From the human T2T-CHM13v2.0 reference genome, Homo sapiens, in the NCBI RefSeq assembly GCF_009914755.1, contig NC_060935.1: a DNA stretch of 64,000 nt; one strand, 5' to 3'. The notes beneath the pieces were generated by a model. The model searched no databases. It was not told the origin of the DNA and was given only the letters and a program-made list of their open reading frames with translations. The translations under genes and the position numbers were made by a program. Shown here one piece after another: positions 42,929-63,689 of the stretch (position 1 is its first letter; every line of letters starts with the position of its first letter).

Positions 42929-44149
42929 TAAATAATAAATCATGTAGCTCATAGTCTGAATTATGACTTGTATTATGAGAACACAGCCTAGTGATAATAG
43001 TAATACCAGCATCAAAATGAATGAAGACAGGATAAGGGCTTGGTAAGATAGGTGGACAAATCGTTAGATAAACAGAGTGAGCAAGGGCTTAAAAGCAAGA
43101 AATATATAAAGGAGCACTTTTAAATTATCAAGATGCTGATGGGAGCATATGCGATACAATGAGATCAATACATCAACAATGATACTAATATTTAAAGACC
43201 AAGGAAAACATAAACGTTAAGTAAGTAAAGACAGAATAGAAAGATGAGAGACAGAATAGAAGGAGAGAGTGAAGGTCAGAGAAGGACACTAATACACAGA
43301 GTCACACTAATAGAGTGAGATCCATACACAAAGTTATTATTTCCAAAGAAGAGAGTAACTACATAATTTCCTCATAACCTTGACACAGAAGTTGTTTAAC
43401 AACATCTATTAGGAATTCACTTAGTACAAGGCACTTGATAAAACATTATCAAGAAGGAAAGGAACAAGATTTTATGAGCATTGTCTCTAAAGACTTTAAA
43501 AGGAAACAATATATGAATTATATATAGTGATGCAAGACAACTAATCAGGAAAAATGAGAGTATTTGAACTTCAAAGAGCCTCGTGAAAATGGCATCCCTT
43601 TAAGAATAGTTCTGCTTCATTTTGTTTTCTTCCCCCCCAACCCTCAGAGGCTGTAGTGAGCTATTACCATGCCACCACACTTCAATCTGGGCAATGGAGC
43701 AAGACCCTATCTCAAAACAAAAAGCAAAACAAAATGAAACAAAAACAACACAAAACCTTCATTATGAAAGAATGAGAAGAATCAATAGAAACAGATCCCA
43801 ACTAAGGGAGAAACCTCCAAACCAATTTAGTCATCTTTGTGTGTGGCCTGCTGACTTAAAACTACTACCTCTCTTCATTATCCACTAAGTAAAATTCGTT
43901 TGGCTACTCATTTTGAATTCAAGCTACTCAAAGAAATTTATATGTGTAATGATTACACTGTATGTGGTTCTGTTAGTTTGTTTATGGATTCAACAATGAA
44001 CAAGGTCATCAATATGCTTACTGGGAACTCCAACAGTTTGAGTTTTCTTGAGATAATAATTACATAATGGTACACTTAAAGGAACGAAAGAATTAAACCT
44101 GATTAAAAATAATTCTATGTATAATTTCTGGATCTTCTAAAGTTAAAAA

Positions 44150-48157
<4,008 letters not shown>

Positions 48158-49181
48158 CACCTAATAACTCCTATTTAGGAAATTTATAAATATTGTATTA
48201 TACATACAAATTACAAAGTCCTCAAGGCAGTATACTCTAGGCAGTGACTTATCTACTACCTTCTGCTCACTTATGCCAAAATGTCAATATTCAGGTTGAT
48301 ACACAAATGAGCTGATTCAATTAATTGATTCATAACTAAAAGAAAACAGCTGGCTTTGAAAGGAAACTTTTAACTACTATCCTGCCAAATATTAATACCT
48401 ACATAATATATTTCAGGATAAGGAGGAACCACATAATGAATAATTGCTTTAAGACATCTTCTTAAAGCAAACCATAGCAACGATTTGACTGAAGTATCTT
48501 AAAGAAAAAACTCATTAGAGGCTTTGAAATAAATTTTGAGCACATTCCTGTTTTGAAAAATTTATTTCAAACCTTCTCAGAAATAAAAAAACCATTTTTT
48601 AGTGAATGCTAAATAAAAAGTTGAATATAAAGGAATATTTTAATCCAGTGTATGGTTTTTCTATATTAAGATGGTTATCTATTTGACAAAGGGTGAACTT
48701 TTATTTTTTAAATCCCAAATTATATTCCATATTTACAAATAATTTATTCAGTCACTTACATATTAATGATTGCCTACAGTACATGAAGCACTATCTCCAG
48801 TACACTGGCTGGGGATATGGCAGCCAGTGAAGTAGCCAGGGCCATGCAAAAAATTTCACCTTCTGAGTGAGATAGGAAGAGGGTATGGTTTAAACAGGGA
48901 AGAAACATAATTTATATGGTGAATAGACTGGAAGAAGGCAAGAGTGGAAGCACATAACAGATACTTGTTCAAGAAAATTTTCAAAAAAAATAATAGTAAT
49001 AAGTTGGCTAAAATTTCTTAAATAAAAATTTACTGGAGGCTTTTTGCAATGCAGTAACTTGAGAGAGAGAGAATGGAGCTTTGTAAAAGAATGGTAGCTG
49101 TGGGGGTTTTAGTAAGAAGCAGTTTTATTCTGGAAATATTTCATAGGTGGTACTTAACAGGATTTAATTATAGATTGATTT

Positions 49182-49219
49182 TGTGTGTGTGTGTGTGTGC
49201 ATGCGCGCACATGCATGCA
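49182..49219. repeat. (TG)n plus alternating purine-pyrimidine tract
   Basis: tgtgtgtgtgtgtgtgtgcatgcgcgcacatgcatgca. Confidence 0.85.
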
Positions 49220-50167
49220 ACTGGGTTAAGGATGGAGATAAGAAATTTGGTTTGAAACACCTCTTAGATATCGAAATGGGGATTTAAAATCTATGAAAGA
49301 GATCAGGTCAAGTAAGGAGTTAGTATAGGTGGAGAACAGGTTCAAGTACTGAGCCCTGGGGACACCAACCTTTTGAATTTGGTAAAAGGAGAAACTAGCT
49401 GAGGGAAAGAGCTGTCAGTAAACAGAACTAAGAAACCAAGGGAAGATAGGACAGACAAGGGTTTCCAACACTTCAGAAAGGTCTAGAAAGAGGATTTGAT
49501 CATTGAACTGAGCATTATGAAGGTCTCCAGTGACCAAGAGAAGAACAATTCTGGTAGGCATCCATGAAGAAATGATTCCAATGTGGTTTTATGTTAACAA
49601 CATATTTTCATAACTTTTTTTATGCAAAGGCACTAACTTGTTTCAAAGCCTACTCAATTTTTGGAAAAAAATTTGTTAAAAAGATAAAAAATAGAAATGG
49701 AAACACACAAAAGTAGTTTTGAAATCCAAGGAAGGAATGGTTTTTGGCCTTTAATTTGATAGAGCTATTTGCAAAGCTCTTAACAGTATTCTCTCACTAT
49801 AACAGATAAATAAAGTTAATAGAACATAAAATCTATTCATAACTAGAATAGGCATTCTCTCATATGTTACAGAAAATTCTCCCCTACAGTGCCAGGAAAG
49901 GATCTCCCGTCTGAGAATGCAAAGCATGCTTTTTAAAACACTAGCAGTTTTCTGTAAATTGGTGTTGAAGTTAAGAATCCATTGATATGTTATAAAGAAA
50001 GGAAGTCAGAACACTTTGATAGTCTATTTCAGTTTTCAAAAAGAATGTTTTAAAACTACCTTATGTATTAAAGCATTGAATAACTACCAAAAAGCCTAGG
50101 ACATTTTTTGTTTCAACCTTTGGGACCGCACGATCTTCCTTTTTACCAAACCCAAACTCGGTCAGTG

Positions 50168-50340
50168 ATATATATAATATATATATATGTACATATATAT
50201 ATATATGTACATATATATATATTTACATATATATATGCATATAGACAAAGTCCTCAAAGACATATGTGTATATGTCTATATGCATATGTGTATATGTGTG
50301 TGTGTGTATACATATATATATATGTGGATATATATGTGTG
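50168..50340. repeat. (TA)n/(TATG)n low-complexity microsatellite
   Basis: Read directly from the sequence. Confidence 0.9.
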
Positions 50341-50438
50341 AATCTGAATCCTTGATAACTGAGGATTAAACAGTTGTTAGAGACACCAGTAATTATGATT
50401 AGGGACAGAAGAATAGACTCATAAGTTCCACACCATAA

Positions 50439-50741
<303 letters not shown>

Positions 50742-51160
50742 CATGAAATGTTTTTAAGTCAGTAAGTCCCTTATGTTAGCCTGAAATAAAATATTCTCAT
50801 GTCTTTTTTGATAAAAGTACCCCAAAATTCAGGTAACTGAGGTTTCCAAGTAACTTGATTATTTACTTTACTGTATTAAAATTTATTCTAGGTAGAATAA
50901 AAGGAATAACATATTAAGAAGACACTAAAGTTTTAGATAGGGCTGCCTTAACATCAAGTGTTTCATGCAAGCCTGTGCTGGGGAATCTAATTTTGACATG
51001 TATGTTTTGAAGCATTAAAATCTAACATTTTAATTTAAATACTTTCTCTTTGCAAACAAAAATAAAGACAAGTCTTAAAATAAAAGCTTTAGATGACTTT
51101 TAAACAGTAAAGAGAAACAATTTTTATACTTACTATTGTTTGTTTTCCAATTATTAAACC

Positions 51161-51296
51161 TTTTTTTTTTTTTTTTTTTTGGAGGGGGTCTTGCTATGTT
51201 TCCCAGGCTGGTCTCAAACTCCTGGCCTTAAGTGATCTTCCTGTCTCAGGCTCCCAAAGTGCCAGGATTACAGATGTAAGCCACCACACCCAACCA
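51161..51296 (-). mobile_element. FLAM/Alu monomer
   Basis: Poly(T) followed by a single monomer. Confidence 0.8.
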
Positions 51297-52907
51297 ACAT
51301 CTTTCATTTCATTTCACTATCCCCAAAACAAGAAACAAAACAAAAAACAAAAATCCTCTAAATCGATCAGGCACAAGTTGACTGCCATCAATATGTATTG
51401 AAAACAAAGTATTTAGATGTAAAAATGAGACAAGCTTAAAGTTGGTATCATAGAAAAGAAGTATATTAATAGAGTTCAAATATTAAGAGTTTAGGAGTCA
51501 GAATGTGTCCTTCCAACGAGGCGGTGAGCTGGGAAGAAGTGGGGTGGGCAGGAAGGAAGACATCAGAAAAAACTTTACAGAGGAATCAGTGTTTCATTTG
51601 AATCTTTCAGAGAGTTACATTTTAGACAAAAGAAAAAAACTGTAGAATAAAAAGATGTGTGATATGCTAAAAGTTCACAAAGCTACTTATTGCAAAGCCA
51701 GACCTGGAAAAACGGTTTCCTGAAGCTCAAAACAAGTAGATTTTGGATTAGGCATAAAATTTTGGACAGAAGCAGCAGTTTTGACAGTACTTTTTAAAAT
51801 CTAGTTTTACTAGATCTCTATTTTTCCAGTTCTCTCATTGAATGAAATAGGTCATAATGAAAAAAATGTGCTAAAAGGTCACTGAGGACAATAAAAACTC
51901 CATAGCTTATGTTTAAATTACCTACATTTCTTGATCTTTCTCCTCTCTGAGCACATAAACTACATGAAATCTTTAAAAAAATCTCTGTGTCCCTGGTATA
52001 TGAGCAGTATCTGACTCATAATGGGTGTTATAATTATTTGTCGACTAATAATAGCCTACAATGTGCTACTTAGCACTTAATTATACATCTTTTGTGTTTT
52101 CTACTTATTTTATATCTATATGCCATGTTTCCCCAGCTGGATGGTAAGCTCCTAGGGGGCACTTTAATTACAGTATGTATCGAGGTAGGATGCAAATCTT
52201 ATTTCTGAACCCCTGTTCCTAGAACTGTGCCTAGTACAGAGGATTCAAATGTTGCAGAATTAATAGCTAAACAAAACAGCATCCTTAGTTTCTTCTATAA
52301 CTACAAAAGTAGAGAAATCCTAAAGCCACTTTGATCTGCATCTGTGGTGCTACAAATAATTTTTAATTAGAGTAGAGTGGGGATGGGAAAGGGAGGTTTT
52401 TCTTTCTTTTGGCTGGTAATCACCACAGTTCCAGTAACCCAATGGAATACAGGATAAAGAAAGTAACTAACTCTCTTGAGTGGAGGCAGACTTATCTGCT
52501 TATCTGCTCCCATTCTCTACCTTTATGTCTGTAGTCTCACCTCTACATCCACACCACTCTATTGCTGGAATTATTTTCCACTAGTGCTTCTAAATAAAAA
52601 TTAAAAAAGGAAGAGGGGAGAATTCAGGAAAGATGAGTACTTCATGCAATTTAGTTCATAGCAGCAGGGATTTTTTTCAAGTGATCAAAGCATTCTAAAA
52701 AGTGAGAAAAAGTTAAAAGCTGTTAGAAATAACTTTAGCCAACTGTCTCTCTTGCCCATGCTAACAGACTCTAATTCAGACTTACCCCTCTCAAAGACCT
52801 GGGTTGTGTACACATGTGCTAAGATGCCCAATGTAGTTCCGGAATTCTAAGCCCTGATGCGAGGACAAATCTTTCAATTTTGCTACTTACAAACTACAAA
52901 GCTTGGC

Positions 52908-55900
52908 CACATGGCACTTATTCTAAAATTGATCACATAATTGGAAGTAAAACGCTCCTCAGCAAATGCAAAAGAACTGAAATCATAACAGTCTCTCAGA
53001 CCACAGCACAATCAAATTAGAACTCAAGATTAAGAAACTCACTCAAAACCACACAACTACATGGAAATTGAACAACCTGCTCCTGAATGACTCCTGGGTA
53101 AATAATGAAATTGAGGCAGAATCAAGAAGTTATTTGAAACTAATGAGAACAAAGAGACAATGTATCAGAATTTCTGGGATGCAGCTAAAGCAGTGATAAA
53201 AGGGAAATTTATAGCACTAAATGCCCACATCAAAAAGCTAGACAGATATCCTAACATCACAACTAAAAGAACTAGAGAACCAAGAGCAAATAAACCCCAA
53301 AGCTAGCAAAAACAAGAAATAACTAAGATCAGAGTGGAACTGAAGAAGGTAGAGAAATGAAAAACCCTTCAGAACAACAACAAATCCAGGAGCTGTTTTT
53401 TTTTAAATTTAATGAAATATTAATAGACTGCTAGCTAGACTAACATGGAAGAAGAGACAGAAGAATTGAATAGATGCAATAAAAAATGATAAATGGGATA
53501 TCACCACTGACCCCACAGAAATATAAACAACTATCAAAGAATATGATAAACACCTCTAAGCAAATAAACTAGAAAATCTAGAAGAAATGAGTAAGTTCCT
53601 GGACACATACACCCACCCAAGACTGAACTAGGAAGAAGTTGAATCCCTGAATAGACCAATAATGAGTTCTGTAATTGAGGCAGTAATAAACAGCCTACCA
53701 ACCAAAAAAAAAAAAATAAAACCCCAGGACTAGACAGATTTATAGCTGAATTCTACCAGAGGTACAAAGAGAAGCTGCTACCATTTCTTCTCGACCTATT
53801 CCAAACAACTGAGAAGGAGGGACTCCTCGCTAACTCATTTCATGAGACTGGCATCATCCTGATACCAAAACCTGGCAGAGATACAACAAAAAAAGAAAAC
53901 TTCAGGTCAATATACCTGATGAACATCGATGCAAGAATCTTCAATAAAATGCTGGCAAATTGAATCCAGCAGCACATCAAAAAGCTTATCCACCACAATC
54001 ATGTTGGCTTCATCCCTGGGATGCAAGGCTGATTCAACATATGCAAATTGATAAACGTAATTCATCACATAAACAGAACTAGAGACAAAAACGACATGAT
54101 TATCTCAATATATGTAGAAAAGGGCCTCACTAAAAATACCTAGTTTATTGTTAAAAACTCTCAAAAAATTAGGTATTGAAGAAACATACCTCAAAATAGT
54201 AAGAGCCATTCATGACAAACCCACAGCCAGTATCATACTGAATGGGCAAAAGCTGGAAGCATTCCTTTGGAAAACCAGCACATGACAATGATATGCTCTC
54301 TCTCCAGTCCTATTCAACATAGTATCGGAAGTTCTGGCCAGGGTGATCAGGCAAGATAAAGAAATAAAGGGTATTCAGATAGGAAGAAAGGAAGTAAAAT
54401 TGTCTGTTTACAGACAACTTGATCCTGTATCTGAAAACCTCCTTCGTCTCAGCCCTAAAGCTTCTTAGGCTGATAAGCAACTTCAGCAAAGTCTTCAGGA
54501 TATAAAATAAATATGCAAAAATCACAAGCATTCCTATAAACCAACAACAGACAAGCAGAGAGCCAAATCATGAATGAACTTCCATTCACAATCGCTACAA
54601 AGAGAATAAAATACCTAAGAATTCAGCTAACAAGGGAAATGAAGTACCTCTTCAAGAAGAACTGCAATCCACTGCTCAAGGAAATCAGAGAGAACACAAA
54701 CAAATGGAAAAACATTCCATGCTCATGGATAGGAAGAATCAACATCGTGAAAATGGCCATATTGCTTCAAACTATACTAAAAGACTATAGTAACCAAAAC
54801 AGTATGGTACTGGCACAAAAACAGACACATAGATCAATGCGACAGAACAGAAAATTCAGAAATAAGACTACACATCTATAATCATCTGATCTTTGACAAA
54901 CCTGACAAAAACAACAATGGGAAAAGGATTACCTGTTTGATAAATGGTGCTGGGAGAACTGGCTAGCCATATACGCAGAGAATTGAAACTGGACCCTTTC
55001 CTTACATCTTATACAAAAATTAACTCAAGATAGATTAAAGACTTAAAATGTAAAACCCCAAACTATAAAAATCCTAGAAGAAAATCTAGGCAATACCACT
55101 CAAGACATAGGCATGGGCAAAGATTTCATGACGAAAATGTCAAAAGCAATTGCAACAAAAGCGAAAATTGATAAGTGGGGTCTAATTAAACTAAAGAGCT
55201 TCTGCACAGCCAAAGAAACCATAATCAGAGTGAACAGACAATCTACAGAACGGGAGAAAATTTTTGCAACCTATCCATCTGACAAAGGTCTAATATCCAG
55301 AATCTACAAGGAACTTAAAACAAATTTACAAGAAAATAAAACAACCCCATTAAAAAGTGGGCAAAGGACATAAACAGACACTTCTCAAAAGAAGACATTT
55401 ATGTGGCTAACAAACTTATGAAAAAAAGCTCAAAATCCCTGATCATTAGAAAAATGCAAATCAAAACCACAATGAGATACCATCTCATGCCAGTCAGAAC
55501 AGTGATTATTAAAAAGTCAAGAAACAATACATGCTGGTGAGGTTGCAGAGAAATCGGAATGCTTTTACACTGTTGGTGGGAATGTAAATTAGTTCAACCA
55601 TTGCGGAAGACAGTGTGGCAATTCCTCAAACACCTAGAACCAGAAATACCATCTGATCCAGCAATCCCATTACTGGGTATATACCCAAAGGAATATAAAT
55701 CATTCTATTATAAAGATACATGCACACATACTTTTATTGCAGCACAATAACAAAGACATGGAATCAACCCAAATGCCTATCCATGATAGACTGGGTAAAG
55801 AAAATGTGGTACATATACACCATGGAATACCAGGCAGCCATAAGAAGGAACAAGATAATGTCCTTTGCGTGGACATGGATGGAGCTGGGTGCAAACTAAC

Positions 55901-56165
55901 GCAGGAACAGAAAACCAAACACTCCATGTTCTCACTTATAAGTGAGAGCTGAACAATAAGAACACCATGGACACAGGGAAGGGAACAACATACACTGGGG
56001 CCTGTCAGGGTGGTGGAGAGGGGGAGCATCAGGAAAAATAGCTGATGCATGCTGGGCTTAATACCCAGGTGTTGGGTTGATAGGTGCAGCAAATCACCAT
56101 GGCACACATTTACCTATGTAACAAACCTGTACATCCTGCACATGTACTCTGGAACTTAAAATAAA
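52908..56165 (+). mobile_element. 5'-truncated L1PA (about 3.3 kb, middle-aged) with decayed ORF2 and an internal deletion near 54763
   Basis: ORF2 remnants 54570-55750 and 3'UTR. Degenerate 17-bp TSD aaactacaaagcttggc (52891-52907) and aaaatacaaaccctggc (56166-56182). Confidence 0.93.
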
Positions 56166-58089
56166 AAAATACAAACCCTGGCATATACTCAAAAATATTT
56201 GCTGAACTGAAGTCCAAACTGAACTGAAGGAAATCAAGAAACATTAAAGTAGTCACCCATTGAACACCAGTTATGGGGAGCCATCATATTAAAATCATCA
56301 TATTAAAAGTCGTCATTCTCAAAAACATTTTCCTTATGTTCAAATTATCAAGAGATTAATCACAATGATCACAAATTAGTGCTAAATAACAAATGTCTTA
56401 ATTTCTATTTTACTTAAAGTCTTTAAAATTTTAGTAATAATGAAATACTTATAAGTAACTGCTGATGCACATTAAAGTGTGAAAACCACGTATTAAAAGC
56501 CAGACAAAATAAAATTGATAGCTTAACTAAAACCAAACCACATTTTAAGTCATTTTTCACATAGCTAAAATGACAACATTCCCTTAACAAACCAGAAAGC
56601 ATGTATTGCATCTGTGTTGGTAGAACGAGCAAACACACATGTGGTCTGATTTATTTCCAGACTGTGAGAAGTTTATTGCAATGCTATAAGGTCCTTCCTC
56701 TGAACATTCAGCGTAAGTGCTAAAGCAAAATTCTCCAGCATAAAGGCCTACCTGGAAAGAGAGGTTACAGGGAAAGTGCTCAACCAATTCTATCATTCCC
56801 AATACAATTATATTGTAAATAAATTCCACGTGTTTCTTAATCTAGGGGTTGGGAGAAGATTTGACAATAAATCTTTAAGCAGAATACAATTAGATTCCAG
56901 TAGGAGTTTCATTCTCATTCTTTACAAAAAGCTTCTCCACTGACCCCAACTCTGGATGTCTACATGGTGAGTTAGTATTCCATAAAAACAGATTCAAATT
57001 AACTACATTTGAGCTACTCTAGACTATATTCTTCTTTATTTAGCACCAGGAAGCTAAGTAGTCAGCTTTCTGAAAGAGAAGAAAACATAAAGGGGATTGG
57101 GAGAAAGCCTTCTCCTGGAACCACAACTTAATGTGCCCAAAACATCAGCAGAACAAATCAGAGTCCCTTCTTTCATGAAGCTAACAATCTAATGAGACAC
57201 ATGAAATAATCAGGGAACAGAAAATTTTAAACTATGTGGTACCAACTCTAAGTATAGTAGGAAGAGTCACTGTCTTAGAAAGAATTCTCAAGTTTAGTGA
57301 GAATGAGATTTAAATCTACCTTATCAATTAATTACTAGCAGTAAAATCTGGAGAGAGGAAGCATGAGAGACCTATATGTGAATTACAGCTAGGATTAATG
57401 TGTTTTGCGTTGGAACATTAACGTAAGCTCCGCAATGCCAAGGGTTTTTGTCTGTCTTGTTTACTGCTGTGTCCCCTGAAGTGCTTGGCCACAGGAAATA
57501 CTCAGTAAGTATTTACTAAATAAATTATGATTATGAATATCTATCTTGTTATGGTCTTGTAAAGCGCCTTGTAGACAGTCATGGGTTTCCTCTGAAGGTG
57601 GCAGATACTGTCAGGGTTAGTGATCAAGGAAGAGGCAGGTCTTTGAAGTGGGTGAGAGTATCTATCTCTGATCTCTCACTCTTTAATCTGGGAGCTCCTT
57701 GGGGTTGGCACAGAGATGACCAAAAAAGAGGGAAAAGAACAAGTCCTATTTTATAAATGATATTTCCTAAGGCTATGTGATTGTCTCTATTTCCCTTAGG
57801 GCCAGGCATTTCTCTGAGTATCTTCCATGGGATGTTAATAGGTGTCTAAGATCAGGGAGGCCTTTCCTGACTAACCTAGTCACTCTCTAATTGTCCTAGT
57901 TTATTTTCTCATACGAGACATGAGAACAACTTTACCTTCTACTACCTTAATTTGTTTGTGTGTTTTGCTATCCACGTCCCTCCACTAGAACGTAAATTCT
58001 ATAAAAGCAGGGGCCTTAGTGTGTTGTCTGGGATGCTAGAGAGTTTTTCTCACTGTTGATGCTCTCTCTACTTTCAACTTTCAGCAGTC

Positions 58090-58850
58090 CCTAAACACTA
58101 GGACTATGTGGAGGGGGTGGGAGGAGTCTCTTGTAGCTACTGCTCCTCCTCAAGCAGTACACTCCTACTGCTTGTTACTCAGCATTAGGCTTTTGGTGGG
58201 AGCACGTGGGATTCTTAGTCCTTCTTAGGCTAAGCCTGTGTACCTGAGCCTCTGAGGTAGGGTCTTCTCATTTTCCTGCCCCTCCTCAATCCTGTGGCTA
58301 CCAAATTCTACTTTGAATTGGTGGAAGCTCTTGGGCAAAAGAGTTTCCAGCTTCTCCTTTAGTGGTGGCAGACCTCCGCTTTGTATTGGTGCAGAATCGA
58401 GAGACCAAGAGGCTTTTCTGCCTCTCCCATATATGGCCTTTATTTCTACTTCTTCCCCAGTGGGTATTTGCCTGAGTCCTCTTAGTAAGGGAGAGAGTTC
58501 CCTCTCCAAGAGGCAGATGGGTTTTGCTTCTACCTCTCCCCAGGAAGTAACAGAAGTTCACCTAGGCCCTGGGGATGAGAGGGTTTGCTGCTCCTCCATT
58601 GTGAGTATTAAAAAAGTTCTGAGAAAAAGCCAGTGCTTCAGGTGTCTTGCCAAGTCAACAAATCAACTTTTGCATGCTCAGCCACTGAGGTGGGCTCTCT
58701 TCCATCTCCTGAACTACCTCCAAACTTTTTTTGGGAGAAAATCAGTGGAGGCCCATGGAAAAGAACCCGCACGTGAATGTCAACTCTGTGTTCTGGGGAT
58801 CCCAGTTACTAAACTGATACTTTAGCCCATACTTGGTGCCTTTAAGAAAT
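58090..58850 (-). mobile_element. Probable ancient L1M 5'UTR fragment (L1MCa/L1MDa-like)
   Basis: Minus strand ggggcaggaaaatgagaagaccctacctcagaggctcaggtacacagg..gcctaaga and gagtaacaagca resemble recalled L1M 5'-end consensus. Confidence 0.5.
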
Positions 58851-59567
58851 GCATTCAACTTTTAATTGATTTCTTTTTACCCATTTTGTTGACAGCTACC
58901 TCTTCCTCCCATGCTCTTCCAAAGGTAAAACAGTTTATGTATCTTATCTCTTTTTAGAGGGGCTTGCTACTCTGAAATTCAGTTCAATTGGTTGTTTTAC
59001 AAACTCAGTTCACTAATGGATTCAAGAGAGGTTATAATTTTTAAGATTATATAGCCTTTATTCATTGCTAAAATAGAAATGATGGTCTCTTGAGGATTTA
59101 TTTTATTAAGGAAAGCAGCAGTTTTTAGCCATTTAATATTTTTTTCTCAATCCTTGGTCCTTTAAAATATGAGTTAAGTTTTTGTTGTTAAGTCCATTCC
59201 AGTTCTAAATTTCTGATTCTGAGACCACAGAAAGGAAATATAAAGCTGGAGTTATCAGGACAAGAGAATAAGAAACTAAACCTGGCTATGAGGTAGTCAC
59301 TGGCCACTGAGAGGCAGAAACCTAAAGAAATGATTATGTTAAAATGTGTGGTGAAGGAGATATAGTTTACATTAAAAAAAACATAATGGGAATTTAGTGT
59401 GGGGAGTGGGAGAAGCTTGAAGAGGAAAAATAGGATGATCTGGCCAAGAAAAGTATCACAAGGCATAAGCTGAACTGACCCTTGAAGTAATTATCTAAGT
59501 AGACAAACAGAAGGGGAGTATATTCAAGGTAAAGGGAGGCAAACAGACCTTAGAAATGTCTAGGGCT

Positions 59568-59925
<358 letters not shown>

Positions 59926-59964
59926 CTAGGGCTGAAGTATGGGGAGGAAGTTCCAGAAGATGAG

Positions 59965-60210
59965 AATTAAGAGCAAAAATTTAAGAGTCAGACAGACCTG
60001 AGTTTGAAACTTGACCTACCACTTAAAGACTATGTGACTTTGGATAGTTGAGTAAGCCTTTTAAACTGCATTTTATCAGTCTGTCAAATAGAAGTATTCA
60101 TGCCTACTCCTCAGGGTTGTTGTGAGGATTAAATGAGATAATCTAAGTAAGGCACTTAGCTAAACACATCTGGAACACATCTGTGCTGAATACATAATGG
60201 CTGTTACTAC
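59965..60210 (+). mobile_element. MIR
   Basis: gagtcagacagacctgagtttgaa...cagggttgttgtgaggattaaatgagataat. Confidence 0.75.
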
Positions 60211-60937
60211 TGATAGTAATGGTTCTCCATCACAGAGTAGTAGTAGCACTACACATCCTCTGCAGCCCTATTCATTTGGGACTTTTCTAGAAACCTGAAG
60301 GAGCCAGAGGGTCACATGCTTTAGGAAAACATTTGTCTCCCTGTGGCTCGAGAATAATTCTCTTCTTCCTTAAGGTACTACAGTTCCTATCTCCTCATTG
60401 GCACAAAAACTAGAATATATATTTAAAAGTAGCTACGAAGAAAGACCTTCCTACTAGAAAACAGTAAGTAATAATTTATGCCTGACAAGTAGGAAAAACT
60501 ACTAATTTCATCTGTTTCTCTGCCTCTATGTGAGAAGGAAAGCAGACAAAAAAGGGATAGGCTAAAACATCATTCTTATTTACAAGGTAGAGTTTAGCCC
60601 AGGTTTACATAATGCAAATACAGTGAAACACAGACAATATATTGTTAGGCAAGGACTTCATTTCTGCACCGAGAACTGAGGTTTAATCCATTCCTCCAGC
60701 ATCCAAGTACTCAGGTTGTTGTTATTTATTGTTTTGTTTTGTTTTGTTCTCATGTCTTCGGTTACCAGAGCCTGCAGTAGCTCTCCAGACACTTAGGAAT
60801 CCTAAAAAGGCTTGGAAATTGCCCTTCAAGTGTTGCTAAGGAGTTAACTATATCGCCTGAAACTCATTCCCTGGGCTATCCCCTCCTCACTCTGCTTAAT
60901 CACTTCTAAGTAATTTAACCTAGAAAATACCCTAGGT

Positions 60938-62047
<1,110 letters not shown>

Positions 62048-62063
62048 AGAAAATACCCTAGGT

Positions 62064-62249
62064 CAGTGGTTGTCAAATTTTTAAGCCTATATCAGAACTA
62101 CATATAGGGCTTGTTAAAACATAGAATGCAAGGTTCTACTCTTGGAATTTTTGACTCATTATGGGGCAGGGCCCTAAAATCGGCGTTTCTAACTTGTTCC
62201 AGGTGATGCTGATGCTACTGGGGCTAGGACCACACTTTGAGGATCACTA
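62064..62249. mobile_element. MER5A with 8-bp hAT TSD
   Basis: cagtggttgtcaaa...tttgaggatcacta termini. TSD ccctaggt/ccctagga. Confidence 0.82.
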
Positions 62250-63689
62250 CCCTAGGAAGCTTTTGTTTTCACAGAGTGGTGTACCTTCCAGGTACCTAAA
62301 GGGTGAGTCAAGAGACCAGTCACTGGCCTACAGAAAGAACTGTGTGAACCAGATACAAGTACATAAATAATAACATGGTAAGCCATGTGCTGAAAAAAGA
62401 TGATTTGTTCTTCCAACAGTTTTCAAAAGGGGTTGAATCTGCAGGTTTAACTTGGGGGTAGGTGGAAAGTGCTGGCAGGTCAACCTTTTTATTCATATTA
62501 TTTTCTCTAGATCCTGGGAGCACAGAGCCAATTTTTCCAAGCCCATCGACAGATCTACCCTGCCTCCTATACCAAGACAGGGTATTCCCAGAAGTACAAT
62601 CCCTAAGGACAAATATCCTGACCTCTCCGCAAAGTCATTCCTCTCAGAACTAAAAGAGGTTACTCACATTCTCAGGTGAATATTTTCAATGCCTTAGGAA
62701 ACAAGCATGTGCTGTTGCTATTCTTTTGAATGTCCTGTGTATGATTATGTTGGTCTTTTTTTTTCATCCACTCTCTTATTTTTAAGGCCAAATACGAGAA
62801 AAAAATTGGGGCTAGAATAAGGACAATGAAAAACTTGGGCCCTGTCTCTAGTTCCAACACTACTTGCTCTGTAACCTTAGGCATCCAATCTCTCTCACTT
62901 TTACACTCGTCATTCATAAAATAAAATGCCCAGTGAAAACTGACTGCAGAGTTCTATGCCACAGATTCTGATGCTCAGTTCAGAAGTTTACATAATTCCA
63001 AAACAAATACATCAGAAGACCATTGTCAAACCAGTAGTTTCACTTAAAAGTTATTCCATCTGTTCAGTGTTTGCTGGGGGTTAAAAAATAAAAAGCTATT
63101 ACTGATTCCATCTTCTTTTCCTGTCTTTATCCTATTTTCATTTTAATAAAAAGCAGATAATTATTAAGTCCAAGAGGAATTAGTCTATTTCAGTATCCAG
63201 GTGCACAAACATAACCATCAACTCATTTTTATATAATAAATGAAGAACTTATGTGTTTATCTGAAACATAGAGGGGAAAAAACACAGTGGGGGAAAAACA
63301 GCAGGAGGACAAGAAATTCATTCTCATAATTTAGTTGAAAAGGGCCTTTAAAACCAATGAATTAAGTTTGCAAGTTCAGTGATAGTTTACTTCTTACTGT
63401 AATTCTGACATAAAAATATTATCTGGGTACAAATGCCCAGTTTAAGAAAAATTCAGTAACCCTCTCATCATTAACACAACCAAATTATACTTAAAAAACT
63501 GATATAGTAAAAAAATTCAACATTTGTTTTTATATAAAGAACATTTTTTTCTCTATACTGCACTGATGAATTCTTATTTTTATATCATGAATTTTCTGTT
63601 TTCATAGCAAAATAAACATAATTCACATTTATTTAGCATAACATATACTTTAAAATGTTTTACTTCACACGAATAGATATTTAAATTAA

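Noticed and set aside
58225-58825. ORFs of 87-170 aa suggesting a processed pseudogene
   Set aside because: No recognisable protein, poly(A) tail or TSD. The sequence resembles an ancient L1M 5'UTR.
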